NCBI GenBank assembly: GCA_046759385.1
Contig: JBHICC010000003.1
Coordinates: 11,380 to 75,379 of the forward strand
Length of the DNA stretch: 64,000 nt
Direction: 5' to 3'
From: Acidiferrobacterales bacterium
GTDB taxonomy: Bacteria; Pseudomonadota; Gammaproteobacteria; Acidiferrobacterales; SPGG2
Under the pieces are notes generated by a model. The model was not told where the DNA came from, ran no database searches, and saw only the letters and a list, made by a program, of their open reading frames with translations. Both the position numbers and the translations under genes were made by a program. Of this stretch, positions 61,368 to 64,000 are shown piece by piece (positions within the stretch are counted from its first letter, which is position 1; every line of letters starts with the position of its first letter).

Positions 61368-62330
61368 TCAGATCCCGACGGGACCCGTGATCTGCCCGGC
61401 TACCACGACCACATAGCGGAGCAAGAACCCGCCCGTGAGCACGATGACCGGCACGGCAATCTCGACGCCCCTAGGTAGGGTGAAGGCCTGCTGGTAGAGC
61501 AGCTTCGGGATCACGTAGAACAGCTCGATCAGAACCGGCACCAACAGCCCCACCACCACGAAGCCGATCCAAAAAAGCGGTGCCATACTGCCACCGGGGA
61601 GTACCACGGCGACGGCATCCCTGACGTTACCCACGGTCAGATGCGCGAACATCAGGAACAAGAACACGACCAACAACTCGAACCCGATGAGCAACACATC
61701 GGAAGCCGTCAACAGGTAGGCACTGTCGTTGTAGGCGCTGGCCGCCGCCTCGGTCTCTTGCCTTTGCGTTAGCGCCCGCACCAGTAGCAGCACCGCCACC
61801 CCCGTCGACAGCGCCGAAAGCAAGAATAACATTGCGATGATGGGCGAGTTCCAGAATGGCCGCGATGGCATGGCACCGAGCAGAACGCCCGTGTAGACCG
61901 CAACACCGATGCCCAGCGGCACATTGATCCAGGCCAACGCCTTTCTCAGCTTGTCGTGCTCGTCACCCGGTGCCGCGTCGGGGCGCATAAACGTGTACGC
62001 GTAAGCGAGGCTCGTTAAGATAAAGACCGTTAACAGCCACGTCCCGATAGACATCGGGGACAGGGTGATGGTCTTGTACAGATTGAGCCACTTGAACCAG
62101 TCTCCTGCCTGAAACGAGCCCAGCTCGAAGACGAGCAACCCGCAACCGATCATTACCGGTAACGGCGCGATAAAGGCGCCGTAACGCCCGACCGAGAAAT
62201 GGCTGCCGCCAAACGCACCGCCACCGCCGCGCAGAAACACGGACGCACTGACGGTTAGCGCACCGGCGCCGACTCCTGCGAGGAACAAGTAGAGAATAAC
62301 GGGGAAACCCCAGTACAGTTCGTGCGACAT
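61368..62330 (-). CDS. NrfD/PsrC-type integral membrane quinol-interacting subunit
   Basis: 320 aa, about 8 TM helices, located between the Fe-S and catalytic subunit genes. Confidence 0.82.
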   Translation of the reverse strand: MSHELYWGFPVILYLFLAGVGAGALTVSASVFLRGGGGAFGGSHFSVGRYGAFIAPLPVMIGCGLLVFELGSFQAGDWFKWLNLYKTITLSPMSIGTWLLTVFILTSLAYAYTFMRPDAAPGDEHDKLRKALAWINVPLGIGVAVYTGVLLGAMPSRPFWNSPIIAMLFLLSALSTGVAVLLLVRALTQRQETEAAASAYNDSAYLLTASDVLLIGFELLVVFLFLMFAHLTVGNVRDAVAVVLPGGSMAPLFWIGFVVVGLLVPVLIELFYVIPKLLYQQAFTLPRGVEIAVPVIVLTGGFLLRYVVVVAGQITGPVGI

Positions 62331-62332
62331 GG

Positions 62333-63118
62333 CTACCTCCTTTCCTTTTCCCGCCGGTGTGTGGTCACGCGGATATACTCATCGTGGGCACGAGCGGTGT
62401 GTTCATCGGCATGGTCCAGGCCGATATAGAACACATTCGGTTGTGTACCCTGCCCGGGGCGCAGCACCTGCACCGGGTTGGAAGCGACCAGCCTGGAGAT
62501 CTCACTGTTAGGATCATTCAGGTCACCAAAGATGCGTGCCCGGCCAATGCAGGTCTCGACACAGGCCGGGACCAGGCCGCGGGACACTCGGTGCAGGCAG
62601 AAGTCACACTTCTCGACTGTGCCGGTGACCGGATTGGGAAACCGCGCCTCATAGGGGCAGGCCTGAACACAGTACTTGCAGCCGATGCAGATGTTCGGAT
62701 CAACCACGACGACGCCGTCTTCTTTTCGCTTCCACGTCGCGCCGGTGGGGCACACGTCAACACAGGGTGGATAGGTGCATTGGTTACACAAGCGCGGAAC
62801 AAAGCTTCGGTTTACATTCGGGTAGGTGCCTTTTTCCACGTACTCTACCCAAGAACGGTTAACGCCCAACGGCACGCCAAACTCGGCTTTGCAGGCGACG
62901 GTGCAAGCATGGCAGCCGATACATCGCCGCGTGTCGATCACCATCCCGTAGCGGACCGTGGATTTGACGGTCAAAGCGGGTGTCTTGGTGGGGAAGGTGG
63001 TCGCGAACGTGGCCGCGGCCGTGCCCGCGCCGAGTCCCTTCATAAAGTCCCTGCGACTGAGCTTGCCGTTCCTTCTGGTACCGCGAGTCACCTTCTCGGT
63101 GTTTGTTTGCTTACGCAT
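62333..63118 (-). CDS. 4Fe-4S ferredoxin-type electron-transfer subunit with Tat-like signal
   Basis: SRRDFMKGLGAGTAAA. Four Cys clusters: CIGCHACTVACK, CNQCTYPPCVDVCP, CIGCKYCVQACP, CDFC…CVETC. Start probably ATG 63118 within ORF 62333..63142. Confidence 0.9.
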   Translation of the reverse strand: MRKQTNTEKVTRGTRRNGKLSRRDFMKGLGAGTAAATFATTFPTKTPALTVKSTVRYGMVIDTRRCIGCHACTVACKAEFGVPLGVNRSWVEYVEKGTYPNVNRSFVPRLCNQCTYPPCVDVCPTGATWKRKEDGVVVVDPNICIGCKYCVQACPYEARFPNPVTGTVEKCDFCLHRVSRGLVPACVETCIGRARIFGDLNDPNSEISRLVASNPVQVLRPGQGTQPNVFYIGLDHADEHTARAHDEYIRVTTHRREKERR

Positions 63119-63250
63119 CGCCGCCTCCTGTCGCAAGAGCAATGGTAATATATTGTTTGTAAGCTTATAGGCACGGCAAGCGCGGTTCTTTGATTTGCGT
63201 CATATTTAAGGGCCGACACGGCTTTTTTTGAAGAACAAGATCAAATTAAT

Positions 63251-63264
63251 TTGATACGGATCAA
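63251..63264 (-). promoter_or_regulatory. FNR/ANR-type binding site (perfect TTGAT-N4-ATCAA)
   Basis: ttgatacggatcaa at 63251-63264, 133-146 nt upstream of the Fe-S subunit start. Overlaps the 16-bp palindrome atcaaattaatttgat (63240-55). A weaker site, ttgatttgcgtcat, lies at 63190-63203. Confidence 0.6.
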
Positions 63265-63536
63265 ATCACCCCCCATGGCAACCTGGATAACTTGGCGGTT
63301 AACCACGCGCGCGTACCCGGATACTTCAGTGCGACGGGGCTAGGCCGGCGTGGACGCGGCCGGCCCATTCGACCCCACTCTGATCTACATCAAACCCCAC
63401 TCCGTATCGCGACCCTATACTGGGCAACGCTGCCACCGGGAGGCGCGCGTCGTGAAACGTCCTAGATCGCCTTGGCTATAGAGGAGCAGACTATTCTCGG
63501 TCTTGTTTACGAAAGTACTAAGGGGGATTCGGCGCG

Positions 63537-63818
63537 GTGGACGCACGCTTTGCGCGCCGCGCATACTCTGGCCGAGGGGCGGTTTTGGGAGCTCACATAT
63601 TCGGCCAACCGGTCGCGGTCCTGGAGTCTTGGTTGGGGGGCACGGTCATCACCCGACTCCTACCGTTGGCTACCGACCACCATGCTGACCTCGCGATCTT
63701 CCGCGATCCCAATCCCGTGCAAGACAGCGGCTTGTTTGAATTCCTCGAGGACTACACGGAACGGCACCGAGAATATCTGCAAGAAGCCGACCGGCTCGCA
63801 GACCGGCGTACCGCTTAA
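63537..63818 (+). CDS. hypothetical small protein (93 aa)
   Basis: GTG start preceded by aaggggga (~10-nt spacer). Third codon positions are mostly G/C by eye. No family recognised. Confidence 0.3.
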   Translation: MDARFARRAYSGRGAVLGAHIFGQPVAVLESWLGGTVITRLLPLATDHHADLAIFRDPNPVQDSGLFEFLEDYTERHREYLQEADRLADRRTA

Positions 63819-63843
63819 CCTTAAAGGGGTCTCGACAGTTTCG

Positions 63844-64000
63844 CTAGATAACCTTCGAAAACTTTCCAGCGCGACTCTTATCTCTCAAGTACTTGTCGAA
63901 AACCATGCAGATGTTGCGTATGAGTAAGCGCCCCGCCGGCAAAACGACCAAGGTGCCGCCCTTCAGCGCCAGCAAACCGTCGATCAACATCCCTTCTAGT
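63844..64000 (-). CDS. hemN: oxygen-independent coproporphyrinogen III oxidase, C-terminal end (gene continues beyond the window)
   Basis: Not in the ORF track. My reverse translation gives …LEGMLIDGLLALKGGTLVVLPAGRLLIRNICMVFDKYLRDKSRAGKFSKVI*, which matches the conserved HemN C-terminus (…GRLLxRNxCMxFDxYL…FSxxI). Confidence 0.78.
   Translation of the reverse strand, partial: LEGMLIDGLLALKGGTLVVLPAGRLLIRNICMVFDKYLRDKSRAGKFSKVI

Noticed and set aside
62357-63148. 263-aa plus-strand ORF opposite the 4Fe-4S subunit gene
   Set aside because: The opposite strand encodes four textbook ferredoxin Cys clusters. This frame is Gly/Arg/Ala-rich with no motif.
1-64000. Window-wide look for CRISPR arrays, IS elements or transposases, integrases, phage genes, rRNA or tRNA
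   Set aside because: No regularly spaced direct repeats, no transposase-, integrase- or RT-like translations in the ORF track, and no rRNA- or tRNA-like sequence recognised. The region reads as core chromosome.

Overview
GC-rich (by eye) chromosomal segment with gammaproteobacterial core-genome synteny. All calls come from reading the supplied translations and the nucleotides; no BLAST, HMM or folding software was run. The window is densely coding on both strands and mostly housekeeping. Recognised blocks are purMN; desA; rpmBG-radC/coaBC-dut-algC; dcd-apbC/metG; rnfB-like-nth; argG; argD-argF; htpG; purL; MBL hydrolase-bamC-dapA; and a partial hemN. I saw no rRNA, tRNA, CRISPR array, transposase, integrase or prophage genes. 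The less ordinary parts are listed here. (1) An AMMECR1/Memo/radical-SAM ('AmmeMemoRadiSam') triad shares a 155-bp divergent region with a tightly spaced phosphoribosyltransferase-archease-RtcB-DUF72 string; this is my best candidate for an uncharacterised RNA repair/modification locus. A 92-bp repeat element with 7-nt periodicity sits just before rtcB. (2) An ArsS-like radical SAM/Cys-rich gene lies convergent with two small glycosyltransferase-like genes, and no arsM is in view. (3) pncA-pncB-nrdJ-PIN/PhoH2 form a translationally coupled operon. (4) A Tat-exported, Cys-ligated molybdopterin oxidoreductase has ttr-like B-C-A gene order plus TorD-like and CMD-family genes, behind a perfect FNR-type box. 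(5) A five-gene operon of unknown pathway is headed by what looks like half of a GCS2-type ligase. (6) radC is frameshifted at a homopolymer. (7) The purL-downstream spacer carries an orphan terminator and a row of hairpins. (8) A REC-PAS-GGDEF-EAL protein has Glu at the phospho-acceptor position. Several long ORFs in the track are N-terminally over-extended or are antisense artefacts of GC-rich genes. Corrected starts are given where a conserved N-terminus was recognisable.
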